A DNA stretch of 60,640 bases, filler included. It is 5 parts of 5 records of this genome, joined end to end, with 100 filler letters (N's around TTAATTAATTAA, not from the genome) between each part and the next. Parts side by side here need not be neighbours in the genome. Positions count along the whole stretch, not along the records: positions 23,448 to 43,676 come from SRR2962707_1642; 4 more parts are not named here. The stretch is one strand, 5' to 3'. The position numbers and the translations under genes were made by a program. Below, piece after piece: positions 27,672-37,959 of this stretch (its first letter is position 1; every line of letters starts with the position of its first letter). The notes under the pieces were generated by a model, which saw nothing but the letters and a program-made list of their open reading frames with translations, made no database searches and was not told the DNA's origin.

Positions 27672-28711
27672 TTGTTGTTGGTCGCATCGATCATCGATGA
27701 TTGCCAGTCGCTGAGAAAGCGCGCGCGCTTCATGTCGTCCAGATAGGTCAGCAATCCCGGCCCCAGCCGTATCGGCAGAAGCGCCCGACTGGACTTCAAA
27801 AGCCCGACACTCGCTGGCGTGTGCCCTTCACCCTGCAACGGCAGAAGCGAGGAACTGCTGGCGATGATTGACTGGCCTTCCTTTGACAGCAGAAAGCTGA
27901 TCAGCAGGCTCGCTTCGTTTGGGTGCGGCGCATTGTGCATGACAAAGGCGGAACGGGTCATCACCAGTGCGTAATCACTGAACAGCGTTATGCCCAGTCT
28001 TGGTTCCTTTTGCGCTGCAGCAAGCGCATAGGAGCCAATGACATTGTATCCAAAAACAAGATCGCCCTTTGTAACCCTGCCGACAATTTCCGACGTGCAG
28101 CAATAGGTTTGCGCGCCGGCCCGGCCGAAGCTCTCCAGGACGCGAGAGAACTGGCCATCTCGCAGGGCATCCTGTGTGGCAAACATATAGCCAACGCCGG
28201 ACAGGCTGATGTCGTACAGACCGATTTTTCCGTCAAAAAACGCGCTGTCGTCGCGGATCATCGCTGCAAGTTCGGATCGTGTGCTTGGAAGCGGACGCTG
28301 TGCAAACGCGGCCTTGTTGTAGATCATCGCCACGGGTTCGTAGGTAAACCCGTACAATGTGCCGAGCCAATTCGACCAGGCAGGCAGATCATCAAAATTC
28401 TGAGGCCGGAATGGCTGCCCGAACCCCTTGTTGATCAAATCGGTCTGCAGGTCCATCGCCGAGGAAATGACGACGTCGACATCCAGCGGTTTGCTCTCGA
28501 TGATCTCGTGGAGTTCGCTGGTGTTGTATTCGGAATAGTCTATTTCGATTGACGGATATCTTGCCTCAAACGCGTCGATGATGGCCTGAATTGCCGAAGT
28601 GTCTGTCGCGCTGAATATCTTCAGACGGGTTTTTGTCTGGGCATCTGCAGGCCCGGCTGCCAAGAGCAGCAACATCCCGGCCAGCAGCAATTGGCCCAGA
28701 CGACTGGTCAC
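27668..28711 (-). CDS. Periplasmic binding protein co-transcribed with tctDE
   Basis: Signal peptide, 'SSAMDLQ' and 'YNVIGSYA'. Overlaps the kinase stop. Confidence 0.82.
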   Translation of the reverse strand: MTSRLGQLLLAGMLLLLAAGPADAQTKTRLKIFSATDTSAIQAIIDAFEARYPSIEIDYSEYNTSELHEIIESKPLDVDVVISSAMDLQTDLINKGFGQPFRPQNFDDLPAWSNWLGTLYGFTYEPVAMIYNKAAFAQRPLPSTRSELAAMIRDDSAFFDGKIGLYDISLSGVGYMFATQDALRDGQFSRVLESFGRAGAQTYCCTSEIVGRVTKGDLVFGYNVIGSYALAAAQKEPRLGITLFSDYALVMTRSAFVMHNAPHPNEASLLISFLLSKEGQSIIASSSSLLPLQGEGHTPASVGLLKSSRALLPIRLGPGLLTYLDDMKRARFLSDWQSSMIDATNNN

Positions 28712-30120
28712 AATGCTGCTTCCGTCGATGCAGTTGGGAATGTCAGTATCGTCTTCAGTCCGCCCATTTCACTGTCCTCCAGTTTTATCGAACCATTGTG
28801 GCTTTTGACCACGGCGTGAACGATTGCCAACCCGATCCCGCTGCCGGCAAACTTCCCGGCCTTGTAAAAACGCTCCCAGACGTGGGCCTGCTCCTCGATG
28901 CTCAGGCCAGGGCCGTCGTCGGAAACAGACAGCCGCATGCTGTCTCCCGCTTCCGATTGCAGCCGTTCAATTTCGATGTTGATCCTGCACCGGTTGCCGG
29001 AATGCTGGATCGAGTTTCGAACAATATTCCTGACCGCTTCCCGGACAGCGATCCCGTCGCCGAGAAATGAAAAATCAAGGCTGTCCTCGGCGTCAATTTG
29101 AAACTCGACATGATCACCCAGAGGTGCTCGCAGGATGTCCTCGATCTCGTTGCGGATGATCTGCAGCGGGTCGACTTTTTCACGAAAGTGATTGTCCTGT
29201 CGATGAATCACCATGGCATGAGCCAGCAACTGGTTTGTCAGATTGATGGTCTGTTTTGTTTCCTGATGTGCCCGGACAATCCGTGCGCGCATCTGTTCAG
29301 GCGTTTCCTGGCCCGCAGCCAATTGCAGTTGGCCCTCCACCGCAGTCAGCGATGTTCGCATCTGGTGCGTGACATCGGCAATGAAGGCCTGAGCGTTTTC
29401 CTTTGATGTATCCAGCCTCGACATGAAGCCGTTGATGGCATGGATCAGGCTCTCGATCTCCCGCGGCGGTTCGGCGCGAAGCGGGGAAAGATCAGTAGGG
29501 CTGCGCTTGCCGATATCGGCTTCGATCCCGAAAAGCGGGCGCATCGACCGGGTGATGGCAAACCGGACAAAAAACAGCGAAACGATGGCCAGGGCGAACA
29601 GCCCGACCATCCCCTTTGAGAAAATATCAAATTGCAATGCACGCCTGTCAGTCGTGGTTTGCCCAAGCTGAACCAGAACATAGGGCGCCGGAGCCTGGCC
29701 GATCAGAGACCGCGCCTTGATGGAAAACCGCATTGGCTCGCCAAGATAGGTGTCGTTGAAGAAGCTTGGACTGTCAGACAGTCTGGCATTGTCAGGCGGC
29801 GCAGGCAGGTCAGGCGTACCGGTTACCGTGGTCCCGTCGGGAAGGTACACCCGGTAAAAAACCCGGTCCTGCCGTGACAGGGCCAAGATCTCCAGCGCCG
29901 ACGGAGGCAGGTCGAGTGCGACCCCGTCTTCGGTCTGGGTTATGCGTTCTGAGATTGCGATCGACGCACCCTGAAGCAAAAGATCGTAGGTCTTGTTGGC
30001 GGAATCCAGCGCATATTTCCAAAGTGCTGCCGCGATAATGGACAGCAGGATCATGAATCCGCCGACCATGATGGAGGTCAGCCGTCTTCGCAGCGAATAG
30101 GCCCGCCTGTTCTCAGGCAT
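28708..30120 (-). CDS. tctE: Sensor histidine kinase, TctE-like
   Basis: 2CSK N-terminus 'YDLLL', H-box 'DVTHQMRT' and G-boxes 'DDGPG' and 'GSGIGL'. Confidence 0.85.
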   Translation of the reverse strand: MPENRRAYSLRRRLTSIMVGGFMILLSIIAAALWKYALDSANKTYDLLLQGASIAISERITQTEDGVALDLPPSALEILALSRQDRVFYRVYLPDGTTVTGTPDLPAPPDNARLSDSPSFFNDTYLGEPMRFSIKARSLIGQAPAPYVLVQLGQTTTDRRALQFDIFSKGMVGLFALAIVSLFFVRFAITRSMRPLFGIEADIGKRSPTDLSPLRAEPPREIESLIHAINGFMSRLDTSKENAQAFIADVTHQMRTSLTAVEGQLQLAAGQETPEQMRARIVRAHQETKQTINLTNQLLAHAMVIHRQDNHFREKVDPLQIIRNEIEDILRAPLGDHVEFQIDAEDSLDFSFLGDGIAVREAVRNIVRNSIQHSGNRCRINIEIERLQSEAGDSMRLSVSDDGPGLSIEEQAHVWERFYKAGKFAGSGIGLAIVHAVVKSHNGSIKLEDSEMGGLKTILTFPTASTEAAL

Positions 30121-30784
30121 CCTTGATGCTCGCAATATAGCCCAGCCCCCTGACCGTTCTTATTTTCACAGGCGAGCCCTCGAGCTTTTTGCGAAGCCGG
30201 GTAACGATCTGTTCGACGGCATTGAAGCTTGGTGTCTCGCTGTAGGTGTAAATCCGGTCTGTGACATCTTCCTTCGACATCAACCGATCGATATTCGCCA
30301 GGAACAATTCGAGCAATTGCATTTCACGCGGTCTGAGCTCGATATCTGATGCATTGACGGTGGCGCGCTTGGACCCCCGGTCGTATTCGAAATTGCCGGC
30401 CTGAAACAGATTGTTGGCCAGGCCGGACCGGCGCCGAAGCAGCGCCCTGCTTCGGGCCGCAAGCTCGCCAAAATCAAATGGTTTTGTCAGGTAATCATCT
30501 GCACCAATATCGAGAACGGTAATCCGGTCACCGATTTCCGACCGCGCCGTCAGAACCAGAACCGGCGTGGTGTCCTTGCGGCTTCGCATGTCCCTGAGAA
30601 CGTCATCGCCATTCTGGCCGGGCAGATTGATGTCCAGGATCACCAGATCGAAGCTTTGATGGCGCAACAGCTGCTCGGCCAGAAGCCCGTCACTTTCCCG
30701 GTCGATCGCATGGCCCTCCGCTGTGAAGCGTTCCATGATCATTTCCGCCAGGGTGTCGCTGTCTTCCACTAATAATATTCGCAT
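30113..30784 (-). CDS. tctD: OmpR-family response regulator, TctD-like
   Basis: 'LLVED', 'LDINLP', 'GADDYLTKPF' and 'TVRGLGY'. Divergent from tctCBA. Confidence 0.88.
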   Translation of the reverse strand: MRILLVEDSDTLAEMIMERFTAEGHAIDRESDGLLAEQLLRHQSFDLVILDINLPGQNGDDVLRDMRSRKDTTPVLVLTARSEIGDRITVLDIGADDYLTKPFDFGELAARSRALLRRRSGLANNLFQAGNFEYDRGSKRATVNASDIELRPREMQLLELFLANIDRLMSKEDVTDRIYTYSETPSFNAVEQIVTRLRKKLEGSPVKIRTVRGLGYIASIKDA

Positions 30785-30843
30785 ATGGGAGACATATCCG
30801 ATCCGAACTCGGGTTTTTAGCTGTACTGCGCAAATTCATCGCC

Positions 30844-30883
30844 ATGTCAGCCTCATGTCAGCTTAGTGTCAATGTCCTGTCAG
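30844..30883 (+). promoter_or_regulatory. Four tandem TGTCA repeats at 11-bp period (candidate TctD box)
   Basis: ATGTCAG 30844, ATGTCAG 30855, GTGTCAA 30866, CTGTCAG 30877. Confidence 0.75.
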
Positions 30884-30974
30884 TCAGGCTCACTAGTTTG
30901 CGCATCGGGAGTGGCCGCGCACCCCTTGCGCATCCGGGCCTGGACTTTTGGAAAAAATCGACTGGGAGGTCTAC

Positions 30975-31943
30975 ATGAGAATTCTTAAACTGGCATCAGC
31001 CGTTGTAATTGCTGCCGTGCTTTCATCTGGCGCGCAGGCTCAGGCAATCGACAAGCCTGAATGCATCGCACCGGCCAAGCCGGGCGGCGGCTTTGACTTG
31101 ACCTGCCGAGTCGCGCAATCCGGTTTGAAGGACCAGATTGCTGAACCGATCCAGGTCACTTTCATGCCCGGTGGCATCGGAGCGGTGGCCATCAGCCTCT
31201 TCAACACCACCAGAACCGATGATCCCAACGCGATCGTCGCCTTCTCCTCCGGCTCCTTGCTCAACATGGCAATCGGAAAATACGGCGAATGGACCGAAAA
31301 GGACGTCCGCTTTGTGGCAACCGCCGGCGCAGACTTTGGCGCAGTGGTCGTGCGGGCCGATTCAGAATTCAAGACACTCGACGACCTGATGAAATTTGCC
31401 GAAGGCAATGTCAGCGAGCTGGTGGTTGGTGCCGGCGGATCTGTTGGTTCGCAGGACTGGATGAAAGCCGCACTGCTGCTCAAGTCGCGTGATCTCGATC
31501 CCAAGAAAATGCGCTATGTGGCATTTGATGGCGGTGGCGAATCGATTGCCGGACTGCTTGGCGGTTCGATCCAGGTCTATATGGGTGATGTTGGCGAAAT
31601 GGTCCCGCACATTGATGCAGGCACCATGCGCATTCTTGCCGTCATGTCTCCAGAACGCCTGGACGCGCCATTTGCAGATATCCCGACCACCAAGGAGCTG
31701 GGCTATGATGCGGAATGGACCATTCTGCGCGGTTTCTACATGGGCAAGAACGTCTCGGACGAGGCCTACAATGCCTGGGTAAGTGCCTTCAATGCTGCCT
31801 TTGCCACGCCGGAATTTGCGGCAATCCAGAAGGAAAAAGGCTTGCTGCCGCTTAATCTGGCTGGCGACGAGCTCAATGCATCCGTTCTGCAACGCGTGGA
31901 GAATATGCGCGGCATTGCCAGGGAAGCTGGCCTGATCGAATAA
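30975..31943 (+). CDS. tctC: Tripartite tricarboxylate transporter substrate-binding protein
   Basis: GGGAGG RBS, signal peptide and 'ECIAPAKPGGGFDLTCR'. Confidence 0.92.
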   Translation: MRILKLASAVVIAAVLSSGAQAQAIDKPECIAPAKPGGGFDLTCRVAQSGLKDQIAEPIQVTFMPGGIGAVAISLFNTTRTDDPNAIVAFSSGSLLNMAIGKYGEWTEKDVRFVATAGADFGAVVVRADSEFKTLDDLMKFAEGNVSELVVGAGGSVGSQDWMKAALLLKSRDLDPKKMRYVAFDGGGESIAGLLGGSIQVYMGDVGEMVPHIDAGTMRILAVMSPERLDAPFADIPTTKELGYDAEWTILRGFYMGKNVSDEAYNAWVSAFNAAFATPEFAAIQKEKGLLPLNLAGDELNASVLQRVENMRGIAREAGLIE

Positions 31944-32006
31944 TTGAAGATCTGATGATGGCGGGCGGCTGTGGCTGCCCGCCATTTTGTCGGCTTGGGA
32001 GGGCAC

Positions 32007-32447
32007 ATGGCAGACCGTATTTTTTCATTCGTGATCCTTTTGATTTCAACAGGTTACGTAATCATGGCCTTCACGGTCATCAAGGCGCCGTTTCAATACG
32101 ACCCTCTGGGGCCTGAATCGTGGCCGCAGATCCTCGGTCTCGCCGCGATCCCTTGCTGCCTCTATATCCTGGCCAGGCCGGATGTCGCGTCACTGAACAC
32201 ATCCCAGCGCACAGCCCTGAGGCTGCTCACACTGCTCGCCCTCTTGTTTGCCTACGCCTGGCTGTTTCAGCCGCTGGGCTTCATTCTGGCCACTTTCCTT
32301 TTTTGTTTCGCGCTGTCGTTGCTGCTTGGCGCCACGCTCAAATCAAGCGTGATTTTCGGAGCCGCAACAGGAGTTGTGGGCTATTTCGTGTGCACCGGCC
32401 TGCTTGAGCTGAATTTGCCAGCCGGCATCCTCGAACAGATTTTGTGA
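32007..32447 (+). CDS. tctB: Tripartite tricarboxylate transporter small subunit
   Basis: Four TM segments, 'YDPLGP..WP' and 'LNLPAG'. Confidence 0.88.
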   Translation: MADRIFSFVILLISTGYVIMAFTVIKAPFQYDPLGPESWPQILGLAAIPCCLYILARPDVASLNTSQRTALRLLTLLALLFAYAWLFQPLGFILATFLFCFALSLLLGATLKSSVIFGAATGVVGYFVCTGLLELNLPAGILEQIL

Positions 32448-32455
32448 GATAGAAA

Positions 32456-33955
32456 ATGGATGCTGTCCTGTCAGGTCTTTCCGCCGGTTTCGGGGTTGCT
32501 CTGCAGCCCTTCAACCTCTTTCTCGTTCTGGCTGGTTGTTTCGCCGGAACCCTGATCGGTGCCCTGCCGGGCATTGGTCCCATCAATGGCGTCGCGATAT
32601 TGCTGCCGATCGCTTACAGCCTCGGCTTTCCGCCGGAATCGGCCTTGATCGTGCTTGCAGGCATTTACTACGGCGCTGAATATGGAGGCCGGATATCGTC
32701 GATCCTGCTCAATGTTCCCGGCGATGCCGGCGCGGTCATGACCACGCTGGACGGCCATCCGATGGCCAGACGCGGAGAGGCCGGGCGCGCCTTGTCGCTC
32801 TCGGCAATTGCGTCATTCGTGGGCGGCACCTTTGCCGTCATTCTGATGAGCCTGTTCGGTCCGCTTCTGGCAAGCTATGCCGTCACCTTCTCGCCTTCGG
32901 ACTATGTGGCCCTGATGGTCTTTGCGTTTGCCAGCCTTGCTTCTCTTGTCGGCAAGAATTCGGTCAAGACCCTGTTGGCAGCACTCATGGGGTTGATGCT
33001 CGCCTCGATCGGAATTGACGCCAATACAGGCGTGGCCCGTTATACATTCGGCATCCCCGACATCCTCGCAGGCATTGATTTTCTTGTGGTCGTGATCGGT
33101 CTTTTCGGCATGGCAGAGCTCATCCATCTGGTAGAGCAACAGATCACCGGCAAGCTCAAGGCTCTCAAGATCGACAAGAGCTTCGTCAGCAAGGCAGACC
33201 TCTGGTACTGCAAGTGGACGATCTTGCGGGCATCCATCATTGGCTTCTTCATCGGCATCCTGCCCGGCACCGGAGCGTCGGTCGCTTCGGCTGTGGCTTA
33301 CGGAGCAGAAAAACGTGTGGCGCCCAACAGCGAAGGCTTCGGCACCGGTGATCCCCGCGGTCTCGCAGCCCCTGAAGCAGCCAATAATGCAGCAGCCGGC
33401 GGCGCCATGGTCCCGATGCTCACGCTGGGCATTCCCGGATCCGGCACAACAGCAATCTTGCTGGGCGCGCTGCTGCTGTTCAATGTGACGCCCGGTCCCT
33501 TGATGTTCACCCAGCGTCCGGAAATCGCCTGGGGTCTGATTGCCTCCATGTATATCGGCAATATCGCGCTTCTCATCATCAACCTGCCGCTAGTTGGCCT
33601 GTTCGCGCGCCTTTTGACCATTCCGCAGCAGTATCTCAGCCCGTTGATCGCCGTTCTGGCATTCATCGGTGTCTACTCTGTGGTGTCCAATCCGCACGAT
33701 CTCTACATGATCATCCTGCTTGGAATGTTCGGTTGGGTCTTGCGCAAACTCGAGTTTTCCCTGGCGCCGGTCATATTGGGCTTCGTGCTGGGTGGCTTGT
33801 TCGAAGACAATCTCAGGAGAGCGCTTTCGATTTCCGCTGGAGACTGGGGCATTCTTTTCCAGTCGGCAAATTCGCTGCTCCTGTATGTGCTGGCGGCTTT
33901 GGTTGTTGTCGTACCGGTTGTGCTGGGCAGAACCCGCAAAAAGTCAGTCAGGTAG
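32456..33955 (+). CDS. tctA: Tripartite tricarboxylate transporter permease
   Basis: 'GALPGIG', 'YYGAEYGG', 'APEAANNA' and 'LTLGIPG'. Confidence 0.93.
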   Translation: MDAVLSGLSAGFGVALQPFNLFLVLAGCFAGTLIGALPGIGPINGVAILLPIAYSLGFPPESALIVLAGIYYGAEYGGRISSILLNVPGDAGAVMTTLDGHPMARRGEAGRALSLSAIASFVGGTFAVILMSLFGPLLASYAVTFSPSDYVALMVFAFASLASLVGKNSVKTLLAALMGLMLASIGIDANTGVARYTFGIPDILAGIDFLVVVIGLFGMAELIHLVEQQITGKLKALKIDKSFVSKADLWYCKWTILRASIIGFFIGILPGTGASVASAVAYGAEKRVAPNSEGFGTGDPRGLAAPEAANNAAAGGAMVPMLTLGIPGSGTTAILLGALLLFNVTPGPLMFTQRPEIAWGLIASMYIGNIALLIINLPLVGLFARLLTIPQQYLSPLIAVLAFIGVYSVVSNPHDLYMIILLGMFGWVLRKLEFSLAPVILGFVLGGLFEDNLRRALSISAGDWGILFQSANSLLLYVLAALVVVVPVVLGRTRKKSVR

Positions 33956-33963
33956 GAACCGGT

Positions 33964-34986
33964 TTGTCAGGCGCAATCTTCAAGGGACCGGATGTCTGGG
34001 TTGCTCTGGCAGCCGCAATTGCCGGCGCGGTGCTGTTTGATTTTCTCGGGCTGCCAGCGCCCGCGCTTGTCGGCGCGACGTGTCTGGTCACTCTTGCGTG
34101 TGCTGTGGGCCTGAAGCCGCAGGTCCCCAACGGCTTGCGCGATATCGGCTTTGTTGTCATCGGCCTGACATTGGGCACCGGAGTGACGCCGGATTTCTTT
34201 TCCAATCTCTCACATTATCCGGTGAGCATAGCAGCCTTGTTCCTCGCCATGCTCTCGATCATGTTCGTCTGTGGTCATTTTCTAAAATGGTATCTCGATC
34301 TTGATCGGGAGACGGCGATATTGTCGACCTCGCCCGGCGCCTTGTCCGTCGCCCTGGCTTTGGCTGATGACGGCAAAGGCGATGTGCGAAACGTCATGGT
34401 GCTGCAGAGCGTCCGTCTTCTGGCCATCACGGTTCTGTTGCCACCGCTGCTTGATGTCTTCGGAACATTGCCGGATACAATGGCACAGCAATCTGCAGGC
34501 ACCATCACCATGCTGACCAGCGTTGCCATGCTCATTGCTGGCTGGGGCGGCGGCCGTGTGTTGAGCGCACTCAATGTGCCTGCGGCCTATCTGTTCGCAG
34601 GCCTCCTCGTCAGCGGCCCGCTGCATGGATTTGATGTGGTGCAGGGCAAGCCGAGCGCGCTTTTGACATTCTGCGGCTTTACAATAGCAGGCGCCGTCAT
34701 CGGCTCGCGCTTTGCCGGGATAAGACTCGTTGAGCTGAAAAGAATTGGCGGCGCCGCCTTGATGGCGACAACCCTGTCGTTGCTCATCGCATCTGCATTT
34801 GCGGGGCTCACGTCACTCTTTCTGGGAATGCCTTTCGGTCAGGTTCTTGTGGCCTTTGCACCCGGCGGCGTGGAGGGAATGTCCGCCATGGCCCTGGGCC
34901 TTGGCTATGATCCGATTTTCGTCGCGACCCACCACATTTTCCGAATCGTAAGCCTGATCCTTCTGCTGCCGCTGTTGATGAAATAG
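33964..34986 (+). CDS. AbrB-family membrane protein (AbrB duplication)
   Basis: Hydrophobic duplicated halves with 'SPGALS' and 'APGGVEGM..MAL..G.DP.FVATHH'. Start uncertain (TTG 33964). Confidence 0.8.
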   Translation: MSGAIFKGPDVWVALAAAIAGAVLFDFLGLPAPALVGATCLVTLACAVGLKPQVPNGLRDIGFVVIGLTLGTGVTPDFFSNLSHYPVSIAALFLAMLSIMFVCGHFLKWYLDLDRETAILSTSPGALSVALALADDGKGDVRNVMVLQSVRLLAITVLLPPLLDVFGTLPDTMAQQSAGTITMLTSVAMLIAGWGGGRVLSALNVPAAYLFAGLLVSGPLHGFDVVQGKPSALLTFCGFTIAGAVIGSRFAGIRLVELKRIGGAALMATTLSLLIASAFAGLTSLFLGMPFGQVLVAFAPGGVEGMSAMALGLGYDPIFVATHHIFRIVSLILLLPLLMK

Positions 34987-35058
34987 GTCTTCCATCAAGC
35001 GTTTTTGAAGCCATCAGGCGCCGCCGCCTTATAGACGCGGGCTCCAAGGGGAAGCGGG

Positions 35059-35859
35059 TCAGTCGCAGCGTACTGTCATACCGCCGTCGACCACGATTTC
35101 CGTTCCGGTGATAAACCGCGCCTCGTCGGAGGCAAGAAACAGGGCGGCATTGGCCGTGTCGCGTCCATCGCCCATAAACCCCAGCGGAATGCGCGCAACT
35201 CTTTGTCTGAGCAGCGCATCCACGTCTCCCCCGGCTCTTTGTCCGGCAAGACGCGCTTCGACCATGGGCGTGTGCAGTTGTCCCGGCACGACCGTGTTGA
35301 CCCGGATGCCGCGCGCCGCATATTCAACAGCTGTTACGCGCGAAAACTGGATCACCGCAGCTTTGGTGGCCGCATAGGCGCACTGCGCCGCACCGGTCCA
35401 GCGCATGCCTGATGTCGATGAGGTGTTGACGATCGACCCGGCCTTCTGCGCTTCCATGACCGGCAACACGGCCTTGCAGGTCAGATAGACACTCTTCAGA
35501 TTGAAATCGATCTGCCGATCCCAGTCTTCTTCACTCAGATCGACTGCTCCGCCCTTCACCGAGCCGCCGACATTATTGACCAGAACATCAACCCGCCCAA
35601 ACCGCTCAATGCATGCCGCAACCATGGCAGCAACCGCCTTGCCATCGGTGACATCACACAGATGCGTTTCGATCTCGCCGCCGGCCTCCTGCGTTCGTGT
35701 CACCGTGTCCGTCAGGGTATCGGCGGACAGGTCGACCGCAAAAATCCTGGCTCCCTCTTCGGCAAACCGGACGCAAGCGGCGCGGCCGTTTCCCCAGCCG
35801 GGGCCGACGCAGCCTGCGCCGGTGACGATCACCACCTTGTTGTCAACGCGACCCGTCAT
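35059..35859 (-). CDS. SDR family oxidoreductase
   Basis: 'VTGAG..GPGWGNG', 'NNVG' and 'YAATK'. Confidence 0.9.
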   Translation of the reverse strand: MTGRVDNKVVIVTGAGCVGPGWGNGRAACVRFAEEGARIFAVDLSADTLTDTVTRTQEAGGEIETHLCDVTDGKAVAAMVAACIERFGRVDVLVNNVGGSVKGGAVDLSEEDWDRQIDFNLKSVYLTCKAVLPVMEAQKAGSIVNTSSTSGMRWTGAAQCAYAATKAAVIQFSRVTAVEYAARGIRVNTVVPGQLHTPMVEARLAGQRAGGDVDALLRQRVARIPLGFMGDGRDTANAALFLASDEARFITGTEIVVDGGMTVRCD

Positions 35860-36743
35860 GGCTGGTCCATCCTTGATGAAAATTGGTAGAGCCGATCCGG
35901 GTTATCGACCAGCAAGCGTCGCATCAGGTCGTCATTCGGTGCGATTGCTGGCAGGATGTTGACCAGTTCCCCATCGTCGGGCGGACCGGCATGATGGTTC
36001 GGATGCGGCCAGTCAGTTCCCCACAAGACCCGGTCTGGAAACGTCTCAACCAGCTGTCGTGCAAAGGGCACGGCATCGTTATACGGCGCGGCTTGGTGAG
36101 AGGCGCGGTCAACGCCGCTGACTTTCACCCATAGATGGGGCTTTTCCATCAGTCTGAGCAGGTCGAGGAAATGCGGATGCTCAAGACCAAGCCTGGCGTC
36201 CACGCGCCCCATATGGTCAATCACCACATCCACCGGAAGCTCGGCGAGCACCGGCGCCAATTCGGCGATGAGACCGGATTCCATGTGCACCTGCAAATGC
36301 CACCCCGCATGGGCGAGGCGCGGCGCCAGTGCACGCAATTGATCCGGTGTCGCGCCAGGCGTCAGGTGCGCCATATAGTTGAAGCGAAGTCCAACGAACC
36401 CCTCGCCTGACAAGCGCAGAATCTCTTCGTCGCTCACATCAGCCGGCGCGAGTGCCACGCCCAGATAGTTTCCGGGACGCGCCGCAATGGCATCGGCAAC
36501 AACCGTGTTGTCAAACCCGTGACAGCCGGACTGAACAATCACACACCGCTCAATTCCCATTGCATCGTGCAGGGCGAACAGGCTTTCCTTGGGTGCATCA
36601 CCCGGCTGATATTTGTTGTTCGGATCATAGGGAAACCGGTCAATCGGACCAAAGACGTGGCAATGTGAGTCTGTTGCACCTGCAGGAAGCTTGACCTTCG
36701 AGGCCGACGGCGCCGGGTTCCAGGTTATCGGTTTATCGTTCAC
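35856..36743 (-). CDS. Amidohydrolase-2 family lactonase, LigI (2-pyrone-4,6-dicarboxylate hydrolase)-like
   Basis: 'DSHCHVFGP', 'HGFDN', 'IDHMGR' and 'WGTDWPHPN'. GTG start overlaps the upstream stop. Confidence 0.85.
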   Translation of the reverse strand: MNDKPITWNPAPSASKVKLPAGATDSHCHVFGPIDRFPYDPNNKYQPGDAPKESLFALHDAMGIERCVIVQSGCHGFDNTVVADAIAARPGNYLGVALAPADVSDEEILRLSGEGFVGLRFNYMAHLTPGATPDQLRALAPRLAHAGWHLQVHMESGLIAELAPVLAELPVDVVIDHMGRVDARLGLEHPHFLDLLRLMEKPHLWVKVSGVDRASHQAAPYNDAVPFARQLVETFPDRVLWGTDWPHPNHHAGPPDDGELVNILPAIAPNDDLMRRLLVDNPDRLYQFSSRMDQP

Positions 36744-37318
36744 GACGGATCTTCTTCCGTAAGTTCGCGCGGCGCGCCCTCTGGCGGGGAAACGTTGAAA
36801 ATGTTGATCGTCAGCGAGATCAGCGAATAGTAGCCGAGCAGGCCCACCAGATCGATCACCACATCTTCGCACAGGACATCCACAGCCTGCTTGAACAGCG
36901 CATCGGGCACAGTGCGGTGCACGTGCGCAGCGCGTGAAAAGGCAAACACGATCTGCTCGTCCGCCCGATCAAAAGCCGGCTCTTGTCCAGTGCGGATCGC
37001 TTCAATGATGTCTGGTGACAATCCCGCCTTCAAGCCCGCCGGCTTGTGCGCATACCACTCATATTCAGCCTTCCAGATCTGGGCAATCGTCAAGATCGCC
37101 AGTTCGGACAGGCGCGGGTCCAGCAACGTGTCATAGCGGCAATAGCGCCCCAGCGCCTGCGCACTGGCCGCCAGTTCGGGCCGCCGCAGCCAGATCGCCA
37201 GGGGGCCGCGCACACGGCCGCGTGGCCCTGAAGCGATTGCATCATGTATTTCGCGCTGCTGGGCATCATAGGATTGCGGGTCGGCTGCAGCGACACGCTG
37301 GGGTTTCCAGTTGGTCAT
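36740..37318 (-). CDS. Carboxymuconolactone decarboxylase (CMD/AhpD-like) family protein
   Basis: 'GPRGRVRGP..WL..P', 'ELAIL' and 'YEWYAH'. Confidence 0.82.
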   Translation of the reverse strand: MTNWKPQRVAAADPQSYDAQQREIHDAIASGPRGRVRGPLAIWLRRPELAASAQALGRYCRYDTLLDPRLSELAILTIAQIWKAEYEWYAHKPAGLKAGLSPDIIEAIRTGQEPAFDRADEQIVFAFSRAAHVHRTVPDALFKQAVDVLCEDVVIDLVGLLGYYSLISLTINIFNVSPPEGAPRELTEEDPS

Positions 37319-37959
37319 TGGGGTTTCCGTGTCTGTTCGAAGGCAGGCTCGCGGGTACTGAAACTGTCGAGCCAGCCCACAAGCCCGGGATAGTCCGCAC
37401 GCCAATCAATCTGCTTACGCCAATCCAGGTAGCCCAGTGCGCAGGCCAGGGAAATGCTGGCGACGTCCGTCACTTCGGGGTTCGGCGGATTGCGCAGCAT
37501 TGTGCTCAAACCACGCTCGAGCTTGCCACGCTGGTGATCAAGCCACCGTTGCGAAAGCTGTTCCGGCTCTCTGAAGCGCGCTTCATAGGCAATCAGAAGG
37601 CTGGCATCGATGATACCGTCCGCAAGAGCGGACTTGGTGAGCAGGCGGAACCGTTCAATGCCCTCCTTCGGGATCAACTTGTCATACCCGGCCATTGCGT
37701 CGAGATACTCAAGGATGACGCGGCTATCGAAGAGGATATCCTGCTCGACGATCAGATAGGGCATTTTCCCAAGCGGATTATAGATGCGCAAATCATCATC
37801 CGGATCCAGCGAGTCGGCAGGGATCAACTCGATTTGGTCATCGATACCCAGGCTGATTGCGGCCATGCGAACCTTGCGGCCGTAAGGCGAAGTGACCGTT
37901 GAACGAAGAATCATTTTCGACGCGTCTGCTGGATGGTGAGCTGGAGACATGTTCACCAT
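37315..37959 (-). CDS. Glutathione S-transferase family protein
   Basis: 'SPYGRKVR', 'NPLGKMP', 'FDSRVILEYLD' and 'CALGYLD'. Confidence 0.88.
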   Translation of the reverse strand: MVNMSPAHHPADASKMILRSTVTSPYGRKVRMAAISLGIDDQIELIPADSLDPDDDLRIYNPLGKMPYLIVEQDILFDSRVILEYLDAMAGYDKLIPKEGIERFRLLTKSALADGIIDASLLIAYEARFREPEQLSQRWLDHQRGKLERGLSTMLRNPPNPEVTDVASISLACALGYLDWRKQIDWRADYPGLVGWLDSFSTREPAFEQTRKPQ

